Origin: Schizochytrium sp. TIO01
Lineage: Eukaryota > Protista > Bigyra: Labyrinthulomycetes
Length of the DNA stretch: 64,000 bases
Reading direction: 5' to 3'
Assembly: GCA_004764695.1 (NCBI GenBank)
Contig: SMSO01000032.1
Span: 5,054,483-5,118,482, forward strand
The notes below the pieces were generated by a model. It worked only from the letters and a program-made list of their open reading frames with translations, did no database searches and was not told where the DNA came from. Both the position numbers and the translations under genes were made by a program. Below are positions 1-12,039 of this stretch, piece after piece. Within the stretch, counting starts at the first letter, position 1, and each line of letters begins with the position of its first letter.

Positions 1-367
1 GCCCCCCTTTTGGTCTTTTAACAATTTTGAGAATGAATGAGATGTTTGATATGAATATTGAAGACTTGATCCAAGGCTGCTTATGTCGAAATTTGCACAT
101 GAGTCTACTCTTATGGTGTAACCCTTCTCAAAAGACTCGTGTCCACTTCATGCAAAGAGTCAACTTCCTTACTTTATTGGACGAGAGATCTTGTACTTGT
201 GGTTAGGCTACTGGAAAAACAAGAAAAGAGATGAATGAGATACGAAAAGTACAGTAAGAAAACAAAATTGAATGATGTTCAAGAGAGAAAAGTGATGAGA
301 GGAGTATGGAAGGAAAAAAAAAAAAACAAAGGTAGAGTAGTTGTCAAGCCAACATAGAAGCGACTTT

Positions 368-2160
368 TCACCGGGCATAGATGAACAAGTTATTTTCACC
401 GGCAACCTGTAGATGTGCACACGTTAAATGTGTCCGAAGATGTCGGCAAAGTGGGATTAAAATACACACCAAAGAAATCAACAGTCCGTCCATTGTTTCA
501 GTTTGTTAGTCAGCTGGATTCCAAAAAGAGTTTTCAGACAAGAGGGCATGAGCAAGAAGAGTAGCGGGAGAGCAGGAAGGTTGCGGCTACTTTGATTTGT
601 ACGCCAATAAGGTTGCTCCTCTTCAAATTTCGAGGTTTGAAAAATAAAACTTACCGCAACGGCATTTCCATTTGGATGCCAGTTGAGCTGTGTAATACGT
701 TTCTCGTAATTAATGGTATCGGGATCAATTCCAAGAACGTTGCTAGACCCATCGGAAGGTGGGTAAGACCTTCCATCTTTTTTCTTCTTGCGACTGAGCA
801 AGGAAACGAGTCCTGGTTTAGATAGTCGTTTCTTAGCGCGCAAGGAGCTGCGAGATCCTCTTGAGGAGTCATCACCACTAGATGGTATGATCGGCATGGT
901 AGCGTAAGGCGCCTTCGAGGCCTCAATTAGAGTATCGGTTCGACGATTAAGATCGTAGATGTGAAAATAGGAGTTATACGAACCTGTCATGATGCCTTGG
1001 GCAGACACAGAGACGTCAAAGCTTTCATATAGGTATTCGTTTTCGTATAGATCCCAGAGTTTCGGGCTCAGATAATCGTGCACAGGGATGATCTCGACTG
1101 GTCGGGATTCCTGGCGAACATCCCAGATTTTCAACGACATGAAGTCACGTGCAACGATGAGATTGTTTGGGGCGAACTTGACATCTGAGATGTTACGCAG
1201 GAGATCAGCGAGGAAAGGGCGACCGGGCATTCCGCCGGCACCTGTGTGCATGCGGGCATTCTGTTTGTCCATGGCATCAAGCGCTGGGTCGTGAAATTCG
1301 AGGGAGCTTGAGTCACAGAGCGCCTTCTCGCGCATATCACAAAGTCGCACAAGGCCTCGGTTGGTGCCGTAGATGAAGGAGTTGGAGTTTACCTGATCAA
1401 GATCTGCTGCGGTAATATACTCCATGAGTTTGGTCATATCCATGGGTTTGAGGTTGACTACCTGAAAGGCGACATCGGTAACGTTAAGGTTCCACAGGTT
1501 GATGGAGAGATTGTCCGCACTCATAAAGCTCTGGCCATCGCAACTGGGCACAAGCGAGTGAATATTAAATTTGTGAATCTCTGGTGAGTACTCGCGCTTC
1601 GGTGTTGCTGTGACAAGACGCTCAACCGTCTCGCTTTGAGGGAAACGCAGGCTCTTGATACGGTCTGGAGCACGAGGCTGACCCTTTGTGTCTGATGTGT
1701 TAAATCCAGTGGTATACTTGACTTCTCGTTCTTGGAGTTTCCACATTTTGATTGCCTTGTCGTTGGTTGTGAGCATGAAGACGCAGTCATTTGTCTGAGG
1801 GAGAAATTTGATTTTTGAAATACGCTCCTCGATTGCAATTGACCGCACATAGTCAAAGTCTGGTTCATGGCTCTGAAATTCGCAGTGAAATGTGTAGTGA
1901 ATCTTGCCTTTGCTGTTATCGGAACGAAGCACCACGACGCGTCCACCCCGGTCTCCGCTCGCCAAGAACGATCCGGTGGCGTCGAACTCAACGGCGCTTA
2001 AGAGGTCTGAGTCTGGCATCGAGTCCTCCACGGGCATTTTTTTGAACCATTGTGCAAACCGCCATGGTTTCTCTGGTTCACAGAGATCCTCAGATCCGCC
2101 TGTGCCGCTGCTATCGCCCATTGATGATCTTGACCCAGAAGACGATGGCGCTGCTGCCAT
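368..2160 (-). CDS. PPP2R2: Protein phosphatase 2A regulatory subunit B55 (WD40); two exons, 2160-655 and 406-368
   Basis: B55 motifs: LSAVEFDATGSFLASGDRGGRVV, EFQSHEPDFDY, LTTNDKAIKMWK, FMSADNLSINLWNL, ARDFMSLKIWD, LWDLYENE, MTGSYN, WHP. The ORF-track tail runs into an intron with donor GCG|GTAAG at 654 and acceptor ACAG|GTT at 407. Splicing gives a typical B55 end, ...AVAVAGENNLFIYAR*. Confidence 0.95.
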
Positions 2161-2749
2161 ATTCTATCTAAAACCACGCAAAGTGCACGAGCCAAGCAAG
2201 CAAGCTGCTGCAGCAGTGCTTACTTACTCTTATTAAGCTCGCCACCGCTGTACGACGACTGTCTCGAAGCCGCTCTCGTCTAGCCTAACCAAATTCGCCT
2301 CTGCGTCTGCGTCTGCGTCTGCGTCTCCGCCTGTGCCTGCGCCACTTGAGCAATCCGCTCTTGGGTGGCGTGTACGAATGAATACACAATCTATAATCTA
2401 TAGACTGCGTATATATTTCTATGTATGTATGTGGCCGTGGGGCGGCACGTGCTCGCAGCCAGCGCCAAGCTGAGCTGGAAATAACGCAGCGATGGGCCGC
2501 GGGAGCTCGCTCGGGGGCTCGGGCCTCGCCCGGCGGCGCTGCTGTCTCCGGCTGGTCGGTCTGGCTGACGGCTAGCTCGGGGCTGCCTCGCTCCGCTCGC
2601 GTGTGCACGCCACGGCGGCGGCGGGCTCCTAGTTGGGTGCTTGCTTTGCTTCCCTGCTTTGCTCTCCTTCTTTCTTTCTCTCTCTCTCTCTGCTTTACAA
2701 ACCTTTCAATTACACCAAAAAGAATAAAAGAAAGCCAAAGTGAGAGTAA

Positions 2750-2995
2750 TGGAAACTAAAAGGAAACTAAAAGGAAACTAAAAGTCAACTCTGCAAAGAA
2801 GAACACTCAATACTCCGCAGAAGTAACTAACTAACTAACTGACTAACTAACTAACTAAGTACCTAAGTAAGTAACTAAGTACCTAAGTAAGTAAGTACCT
2901 AAGTAAGTAAGTACCTAAGTAAGTAAGTAAGTAAGTAAGTAAGAAAGTAAGAAAGTAATGATACCTTCGATCAATCGATCGATCGATCGATCGTC
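2750..2995. repeat. Compound simple-repeat tract: GGAAACTAAAA x3, (TAAC)n, (TAAG)n interrupted by GTACC, (GATC)n
   Basis: Directly visible tandem units upstream of the B55 gene. Confidence 0.85.
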
Positions 2996-3461
2996 GATGG
3001 ACTGATCGATTGAGGTGGCCTGCAGCTAGCTTGTGCTCTCACGCGAGGCAGGCAGGCCTCGCCTCGCCTTCCCGCTCTGCCAGCGAGCGAGCGAGTGTCT
3101 GCTTGGGTGAATGAGTGAGCGGGTTTTAAAACGAGAGAAAGACTGAATGGATCAGAGAAAGAGGGAATGGAAATGTGCGATGGACGCCGCGAGAACAGCA
3201 GCGGCGGCGAGCCCAGCTCAGCTCAGCTGGCGAAGGGTGGGCGGGGAGGGAGGAACGCGGCCGGGAGAGACCTCCTGGAGTCGGTCGAGGCGACCTGCAC
3301 ACCGACCTGCACCGAGGCCTTCTGCCAGTCGGAGTACTGCTGGGTACTGCGAGCGAGGATGGATGTGCCCTCTGTGGTTTGAATATTTGTTGTTTAATTA
3401 TTCGTCATTACGAACGATTTTCCATTTCTTTCTTTGGTCTGTCTTTATACTCTTTTTTCTT

Positions 3462-3495
<34 letters not shown>

Positions 3496-3584
3496 TTGGC
3501 TTTTTTGCTTTTTACTTTTTCTCTTTTCTCACTTTCACTTTCTCTTCTTTTCTCTTTCAAGTCTGCATATCATGATTAAGAGGC

Positions 3585-3650
3585 ACTTTCCTTTTCTTTC
3601 CTTTTCTTTCCTTTTCTTTCCTTTTCTTTTCTTTTCCTTTCCTTTCTTTT
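3585..3650. repeat. (CTTTT)n polypyrimidine microsatellite
   Basis: Visible tandem pentamers. Confidence 0.8.
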
Positions 3651-6600
3651 CGATTACCTACGATAGAATGCAAAACATTTATTCACACACGCACATCCCT
3701 AGCACTTGGGTAGCTACTGCTATGGACATCTATCTCTACTGGCATATTCTTTTGCTTGCTATTTAGTTGTGAATGAATGCGAGCGAGAAACCAAATTGGT
3801 GAAGAGCCTTGACGTGTGTCTTTTCACGCCCTCCCAGCTCTTGCTTGCTTTGGCTTCTGTATCTATCTATGTATACCTTGACTTCTTCTCTTCTTCTTTT
3901 TATGCTTTTGACAGTGCTTTCAGGCTTCCCAACGAACGAAGGTGCGAATGAATGAATGAATGAATGAATGAATCAGAATCAATCAATCGAAAGAGAGAGC
4001 GCCACGGAAGATCAACTTATGAAAGAGGTGTTTATTTCTGTATTCTGTGTGAGTGTGTCTTCTTCACAGTTTCTGAGATCCCGATCTTCGTCGCCGCTGC
4101 GTCCTTGCGTCGTGGCCGAGCTGAAGCCCAAGATCAAGAGCACTTTGCAGCACAGTTGCCGACCGAGTGCGAACGAGTGCGAGTGTGATTCATCATCAGA
4201 TCGCGATTGGTCAATATCATCTGAGATGAGATCGGATTCGTTAGTAAAAAAGGTGAAAGTTTCGTCATATCATCGATCATTTCATAAAACGTACTGCCAT
4301 GATGGGAAGAGGAAAGAGGTGTAGCACGTACTTCAAGACATAAGCTGATGATGAAGTGCATTTGTACCCAAGCAACGGAGGGATGGCTCGCGAGACCTAT
4401 GAGGTCTTCTTCGCAGGGTTCTCGCGGCCCGCCTGTTGAGCGCACCCTTAGTGCTGCACGCGGACAGTGAGTGCTTATATCGAGTGGTAGTTTGCTTGCT
4501 CAAAGCGCTGAGAAGAAAGGCCGCAATTGCCTTTTTTATTTAATTTATAAAAGAAGTGCAACAGTTGACGATAGGCAGCTGGTATCGTAAACGGTAGGAG
4601 TCGTAGCTGTGAAAAGCAACTTTTAAAACTGAGTAGAAAATAAATTTTAATTATCAGGTGTGAGGTCGTGCGCGTGCACATTCCTCTTTCAGGGAAGTGC
4701 TATTTATCTATAGCGGTAGAAATGAATGAAAACATCGTTGCGCAACTAAGATCGAATGCAGATTTATCGCCTCAGGCTTGACCATTCTCTTCCATCCTCC
4801 AAGCTTTGTGAGGAAAGCGAAGACACACGAACTTGAGTTTGGACTTGGCCAGCGAGTTTGGACTTGAATTCTATAGAGGGAGGAAGATTGCATTGACAGG
4901 ATGCGATATTCAAGAATGGACAATCCTTTGCCTGAAACTTGTGCATCGTTCAATGGAGCAGAGAGACTTTCTTAACCTACAACTTGAAGTTGCTTGGTAC
5001 CACCTAGAACGAGCTGCATGTTTGTTGTCCAATTCGTTCTAGTGTCAAGGCCCTTTGAGGGTTTCTTTCATGATCATCAATGCCCATTCCCAAGCCTGTC
5101 ATTCATTTACGAGGCAGTCAAACAGCACTATTCGTGCCAATCTCTGGTTTTCTACTTCCGTTCGTAGTGTCGTTTACCAGTCGCTTCCTCCGTGTAATTT
5201 GTGAAGACGAATAGAATAATGCCTACTACTTTGTCTCTCTTCAGATCTATTCTAAACTCTATGTAGAAAAGTTTTGCAAAAGAGGAAAAAGAAAGAGGAA
5301 GAAGCAAAGAGCAAAAGAGCGAGGAAAGACACACCAGCCAAAATCAACGAAGACAAAAATTGAAACTCAAGAGATGCGCCAACGAACTGCAGAATAATGT
5401 CATCTTGACCACCAGCGTCCGCATCAAATTACCACACCATAACAATCGGCACGTATTTGATAGTGCGAACCCTTCGAGAGCGTGCTTAATGCCCCAATAA
5501 ATCTCATTGCAACAGGTGTTAAACTTGGTCCTTTCACTTTCTTTCAATTGAGGATTGACTGTCTTTTGTTAGAGTCTTTTATTTTTATTTTATTTTCTCT
5601 TTCAATTGTGCGACGATGCTTGCAAAGTGTCTCCCATTGCGATTGTGAGTGAGGTGCCCCGCATTCCCCCCAATGGCCGTAAAGGCAAAGGACGACGCGC
5701 GTGCACGACAGGCCCCGAGGTGGACGCACTACAATCTAAATTTTTGATAGTTGTGAAAGCAGAAGCACCCATAGGTTTGAGGACTTGCAGAAAGCACCAT
5801 TTATATCTCACAAGGCCGGATTTACTCCCAGGAGATGTGAGCACTTTTTCAACAATGGTAACATTTTCAAAAAGAAGGAATACATGAAAAGAAAAGGAAA
5901 CGATCTATTAGGACACAATCAAGTTGATTGCAAGGGAGCAAAATAATTCAAGCTCACAGCAATAATACTAAAAGCTCTACAGCTGAAAAAAAGATAAAAA
6001 AATAACCCCCAATACTAGTTGTACGAATTGCAACCAGACAGAGCATATAATAATCGCTTTTTTCTAAAGTTGAGGTTCTAAAATAAGTTGTTTTTTCATT
6101 CCTTTTATAAAATTCACGCGTAGTGCACACCTTTATGTCTGCTGGTAACCTTAAGAAGGAAGCGTTTCGAAGAACCCCGATTAAGCTTCAAGCTTACCCC
6201 AAAGATCAGTTTCTAAAATCTGCCTGCCTTGGATTGATATTATCTTTCTTCAAGATTTAAAGCATTTCAATGTCATTAGATATGGCATTCATGGCCGCAT
6301 ATCAGAGTGTGCCCATGCTTTCGCTGTAGACAACTAGCACAACAGGAACAAAAGCTAAATACTTCGCCACCTTCTTCAAATCGCTGTCGAGAAATTGATG
6401 TTGCTCCTTCAAGATATTGCACACAAGCAAATCAATTAGCACTCATGCTAAGCAAACAGGCAACTATGCAATCAGGCGCGCGAGCCAGTGTGCCTTCCTT
6501 AGACTGGTGTGTTACTCAGTAGGTATCTACTACTGTGCCTGAACTTGATTGATCATGATAAAGATCACTTGAGTCATCATAATTCTTAAGAAGTCTAATA

Positions 6601-9448
6601 ATTATCTATACTTATCCTTAATCGGTATCAAGTGCCCTTTCATAGACCCTCTGAGTCGGCTCATCTTGAAATCTAATACCCGTGATACAAACGGGCTAGG
6701 TATCCTCAAGCTAAGCATGGATCCTTTCTTTATTTATTTTGTTTGTTTGTGCAAAAACGCAGCGCATACAACCAAAGAAACGCTTAGAGCTGAAGCGCAA
6801 GAGCTTCGTAAGGTGTTGCCAATCCCCGTTACCTTTCGTCAACCTTTAAGCTAACCCCAGCACGAAGCGGCTTCATGAGTAATCTATGCTGTGCTGCACG
6901 TGCTGCCTACAAAAACCTTCACGTGCCGATTAGTATATATTTGCCACATCAGATGGCTCGTAAGATACTGAGAAAGAGCGCGAGCCTTCCTTGAATGCTG
7001 TTGTACGCACAGGGAAGAATGGCCTTTGAGGCGTTTACACATGTTGAACTCAGAAGTTGTGGCACTCCCGAAAGAATCCAATACGGATCACGAAAAAGCA
7101 AATGTCGAGCTGCGTCAGGCTTCACGGGTGGCAATGGTAGATGAGCTAAAGAACGTAAGCGAGGCTTCATTTTGAAAGAAAATGTCACAAAAAAAGGAGA
7201 GGAAAAAAAAAAAACATTCCCTTTATGGCAGCATGGTAGGAGAATTGAGACACAACGATCATCGCATGAGCTCTCGTCTTATCACTTTCAGAGTTGCTTA
7301 TTTGTTTGCAGCAGCAAAAAGTTTGAATAGTTAAGTCGCTGGAGGCTCATTTGGACTTGCTCGTCACGTCAAGGAGAAAGTGCCCAAAATACAAGCAGTG
7401 CAAACATAGAGCAGGGTTCCTGTCGAAAAATTGTGAGATATAATAAAAGATTATTTTAATTCGTTTCTTTTTCTTTGTGAATAAATTGTTGCTAGTGATA
7501 GACATACCTAGTATTAGTAAAGATTTTTTGTTTATACTACTATAAAATAAAAAGGTAACAAAAAGAGACATAGAAAGAAGAAAAAACCGCTTATCAAAAT
7601 TGGTCATCAATGTCTGGCCCAGCTAGCTAGTGCACCAGCTAGTGAAAATCGACATTCCCCTCTGATTTCATTTCTTTTCGGAAAAGCCCTGCTCGATTTG
7701 AGTGGTCACTACATTGTCTATAGTTGCTTTTATTTATCCAAATAAAGAATTAAAATATATAAATAAAATTAAAAAGTTGTTTCGGAATTTGCCCCCGACT
7801 AAGAAATCAGGAACTTTGCTCATATTGCAACTCAACTTCGCTGCCCAAGAGAGCATACCAGCAAAGGTGATATTCTATTTAAGACCCAGCGTTGAGATGA
7901 CAGTATAATAGTCAGGATAAACAACGAATAAATATAGGCTACTCTGGCATATGTTTTGGTCTACTTTAATGTAAATTCAAAGTGATATGGCGAGATATGG
8001 TATTGCGACAATTCGTGTGTGCTTGAAAATTTAACTGCTGCTACTAAATTCGACAAGGTAGTATGATATCATTTCGGTCGTTGCTTCCAGGCGTCCAACG
8101 ATCATTTGGCACGTGTTATGCATGCTCAAAAACTCTATGAATTCTGCTCCGCCTAAGATGTTTGCTTATTTATTATCTTGTAAACTTTTCCTTGTAAAAT
8201 ACGCAAGGATAACTTATGGTGAATAGTCTATTCTTCCGACGTGCTTAAGTTTCAACTGCAACACTCTATAGCCTGTTGAAAGCGAAATCATCATATAGCA
8301 TTGAGACGAGTGTACAGTGTCCTTTTACTTTCAACTAAAAGTATACCTACTTGAAAATATGCTTTCATTGGTAGCAGCGACACGGATGCGACTAACTCGA
8401 ACGGGGTGGTGTGCACTGAGAGAGGGAGTGGTGTGTAGAAGGGAAAGGAACTGTGGGAACTAAAAAATATATATATACATAGATTTCGATTTTTGATTTT
8501 AAATATACAAATTATTCCTACGTCCTCTACAACTCCAATAAGCAAGTGCTAACAGGAATAGTAATTCATAATACATTTTTTTGCTACTTAACTTACCTTG
8601 TTCCTTCTCATTTCTGTCATAGTCGAAAAGATTTTTGAGGGTGATCGAAGTTGAATTTGCGGTTCAACTTCAAATTTGGGGCATTCGCTTTCAGGCTTTG
8701 CAGGACTTGGCCTTTGAATGTTGAAGAGCTTAACTTCTAATATGATGAACACTCCAGCAGGAAAACTTTTATCAGCAAGCGTCGTGAAAGTCTCTAAATT
8801 AGGCCCTGGATGAAATAAACATCTTGGTGGATGCATCACCGAGAATTCTTTTGTTCGGCAGTTCTGGCAATGTTGGTGGTGGTGCACTCGTACGAGGCAA
8901 AGCTAGGAGCAGTATAGTAACCTTACCTAGAGGTCACTGGTTAACCTCTGGCTCTCTGTAAAGCAACCATCAATATTTATTAGCTTTTCACCTCCGAAAC
9001 GTTTTCTCTTCTTATAAAAACATACTACGCCTAGACAAGTAGAAAGCAATGGTATTTAGAGAAATGGAAATTTCAATCTTTATGGGGAAATAATATGTAG
9101 GAGCTACAAAAAGAATACTAGATCTGGGACTTGCTACGACATTCTGCAGTGGAAGAGTGCTACCATCTTAAGTTGTTCTGCTACTAAACATTGCATAATG
9201 GCGCGCTTCTAGTTCTGCTACAAAAAGGCTCTTAGCTCTTCGCTCATTCGCATACACACGTCCAATCATCCGATTATGTACTTAGTTCTGGAACATGAAC
9301 TCTACAAAGAACAAACAGATACTGGCGGTTGCCCCTTCCTACATTTGCATGAAGGCAATAGTAAAATTATGTGCACTGCAGAGTCAGATCTGTGTGTTGA
9401 TGCTTTAAAGCAAAACATGCCAGGAGCAGCAAGGTGTTGGTCCGCAGT

Positions 9449-10798
9449 TTAAGCTTGAAGGAAATCGTCCTTCACAGCCTCGCGTTGGTTCCGAGCCTTG
9501 GAACGCATTTGAGAACGCTCCTTGGTTTTCGCAGACCGCGAAGACGAAAAGACTGCACCATCCATGCCAACAAGGTGGCCATCATCTGCAAAGTATGTTT
9601 CGTCTAACTTTGCTCGCAAATTGAGCAGATTTTGAATGGCCTCGTTCACCTTGGCATGCGAAGCAAGCCGCTCGCCCAAGACTTCGCGCAAGAAGTCTGC
9701 ACGCTTCAGTTCAAGCCAGCCCTCCAGGGTAACGTTGACCTTGTCGAGGGACATCTTCATCTCGGGCTCAGTCTCATCGCGAACCGAAGCAAGAATGCTG
9801 CGGAAGCGTGCACGCTGCTCACGCAGGTCACGCTTTGTCACATTCTTCTCATTTTGGTGAGATAGGTCTTCGAGCACTTCAACAAGGTTATCGAGATTCT
9901 CATCGTCAACTTCGTCACCCGTAACGAATTTTGACGAGTCCTCAATCTCAAGACCCTGTTCAACAGTCTTATGTTCAGGCTGCTCATCAAAGCTCGGCGC
10001 AGCGTCGTTTGCGTTATGAACGTGCTTTTCAGCCGCAGAATTGTCCTCTTCTTCGTCCTCGCTATCTACGTCTTCAACATCATCTGCATTTGCGCATACA
10101 GACAGGAGGAGTGCAAGGTCCTCACCTGCTTCGGCACGGACCTCGGTATTGCCATGCGTAAGAAGAGACTGAAGGGCGTGGCGAAGAGATCCCCGGTGCT
10201 TGACGAGGTAGCTCGCATCCGCCAAGGACGCGAGGTAGCCCCAAGTCTGCAAGGCAGCAATCTTGGGCTCGTCAGCAAGGAAGGCAGTGAGAAGCCCGTT
10301 GGACTGATCAAGCGTGGAGAAGAAGACGTCGTCTTCTTCGTTGCAGAGGCTGGCGAGAAGAGCCAAGGCTCGAATAGCAGCTCCGCAACGATCGACATCC
10401 TTCATGAAGGTCAGGAGCGGCTCGTAGCACTCTGCGAAGAGCTCACGCTTGCTCTCGGGCGTGAGGACAATGGCGAGGACCTCCACAAGAGTGCAGCATG
10501 ATTCAAACTCTGCTACAGGGGATTTGCGGAGGATCGTGCGCAGGCTTGAGACGAGGGTTACGAGTGTCCCAGCGAGAGGGTCTTGGCCCTCGGAAGAGTC
10601 GGATTCCGCATTGCGACGCAGGTAATCCGTGAGCATCTTAATGCCATGAGCTCGGGTAGCCTTTGCCTTTTCGGAGAGCTCATCAACCCATACCTGTACA
10701 TCAGGCTGGGCATCGGCATCTCCCGCGTTAGCAGAGGAAGAGTCCTCTGCGGACGCATGTTGATGGTGATTGCCTCGCTGCTGACCTCCGCGTGCCAT
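9449..10798 (-). CDS. IFRD1: Interferon-related developmental regulator (IFRD) family protein
   Basis: Family-like motifs LSEK..TR, VRAEAGEDLALL, KRDLREQRARFRSIL, LEGW..LKR..FLREVLG..L..H..VN and a basic C-terminal R.K.R..R tail. Confidence 0.85.
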   Translation of the reverse strand: MARGGQQRGNHHQHASAEDSSSANAGDADAQPDVQVWVDELSEKAKATRAHGIKMLTDYLRRNAESDSSEGQDPLAGTLVTLVSSLRTILRKSPVAEFESCCTLVEVLAIVLTPESKRELFAECYEPLLTFMKDVDRCGAAIRALALLASLCNEEDDVFFSTLDQSNGLLTAFLADEPKIAALQTWGYLASLADASYLVKHRGSLRHALQSLLTHGNTEVRAEAGEDLALLLSVCANADDVEDVDSEDEEEDNSAAEKHVHNANDAAPSFDEQPEHKTVEQGLEIEDSSKFVTGDEVDDENLDNLVEVLEDLSHQNEKNVTKRDLREQRARFRSILASVRDETEPEMKMSLDKVNVTLEGWLELKRADFLREVLGERLASHAKVNEAIQNLLNLRAKLDETYFADDGHLVGMDGAVFSSSRSAKTKERSQMRSKARNQREAVKDDFLQA

Positions 10799-11799
10799 CG
10801 TCCTCCAAAGCTCCCTCTCTAAACTCCCTTCGTGAAACTCTCACAGATGTTCTTCAGTTGCACCTTAATTGCACGCTGTCCAAGTAGCTGGCTGTGACTG
10901 CAGTACTGCGCAGTCTTTCGATCGCTCAGGTTTCGAATTTGAACCTGAATTTGGATTTGGATTTGGATTTCTGTCTGTTTTTTAAACCTAGCTAGGTGCT
11001 GTTCCCTCCAGGAGTCCCTTTAATGCGCCTCTTACCCTTATCCCTAAGAGTTCCTTTTTACTTTTGATCCCTCCTTATCTTTAGGAAGGAAGGACGCACA
11101 TAATAGTCCCCAGTGGTACTGTTTACAATAGAAGGCGCCTAGCAACTCGGAAGGAAAAGTCGGGGATATCTTGCATAGTTTGCTGGATATAGTTAATACA
11201 AGTTCATATTGTTACCATTATAAACTTGTGGAAAAGTGCGGGGCGCGAGAAAAGCGTCCCTTTCCGCGCCTGCTTGCGCCAGCCTTCTCCAGGTAGAACC
11301 AGAGATGTATCTAGGTACCTACAAACCTGCTTTCGAGGACATTCACTTCGCCTCTGGAGACAGACCTTGGGCAGCAAGGAAGCCAGCGGAAGGTGCCTGT
11401 GCTTGTCTACCCACGGAAACGCACGCTGACGGGTTTCCAGGCTCGACAGGGCCCGCGAGACAGAACTTGAGCATTAAACGCAGAAATTGACTCTAATACG
11501 CGAAGATTGAAACGATGATTCGATGATGATCTTTTTCTTTCTAATTATGGTCTCTGCTTAGTTACGAATGCAAATTGGCTACTTATAATTTTATTAGAGT
11601 TAAATGAACGACCGTTTTAAATGATGGTTTCTACGGATCATGGATCTTGACATAGTAACTATTGAATGTGGTAAAGGTTTGATGGTCCGGTATGGCTTTG
11701 ATATTCCGGTATGGCTTTGATATTCCACTGGAGCCAACCTTAATACCTACTGACTCGCCTACGTTATTGACTATTGTCTCACTACAAATACTTCACCTA

Positions 11800-11965
11800 C
11801 AGTTATTAGTATATCTCGATCCAAAAATTCTTCTTTGCCTTCAACGTAATCACCAAGTTTAATTGCAGCGCATTCACCAAGCAAACTGCCAACATATTAA
11901 CCAAGTTTAGTCCCAACGTATCCACCAAGTGAATTGCCAACAAAATTTCCTATCAAAGCATACTT
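11800..11965 (-). pseudogene. Glycine-zipper-like coding remnant with an in-frame stop
   Basis: Reads ALIGNFVGNSLGGYVGTKLG*YVGSLLGECAAIKLGDYVEG. The GxxxG periodicity (24-bp units containing CTTGGT) continues across the TAA at 11897-11899. Confidence 0.4.
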
Positions 11966-12039
11966 GTTTTTTGTTTTTGTTTTTTGTGATAAGGGAGCGC
12001 TCGTTGAAACATCCCTTGATGCAAGCGGCTTTTTCGATA

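Noticed and set aside
478-654. C-terminal tail of the 560-aa B55 ORF
   Set aside because: Read-through into an intron (654-407). The spliced exon supplies the conserved terminus.
2823-2958. Regularly interrupted TAAG repeats resembling a CRISPR array
   Set aside because: Simple tetranucleotide repeats without unique spacers or cas genes.
2285-4450. Many short ORFs rich in Arg, Phe or Ser
   Set aside because: Products of microsatellites and GC-rich promoter/UTR sequence, with no recognisable motifs.
8588-8887. 99-aa minus-strand ORF ending at a GTAAG donor-like site
   Set aside because: Might be an exon, but no family or partner exons could be identified.
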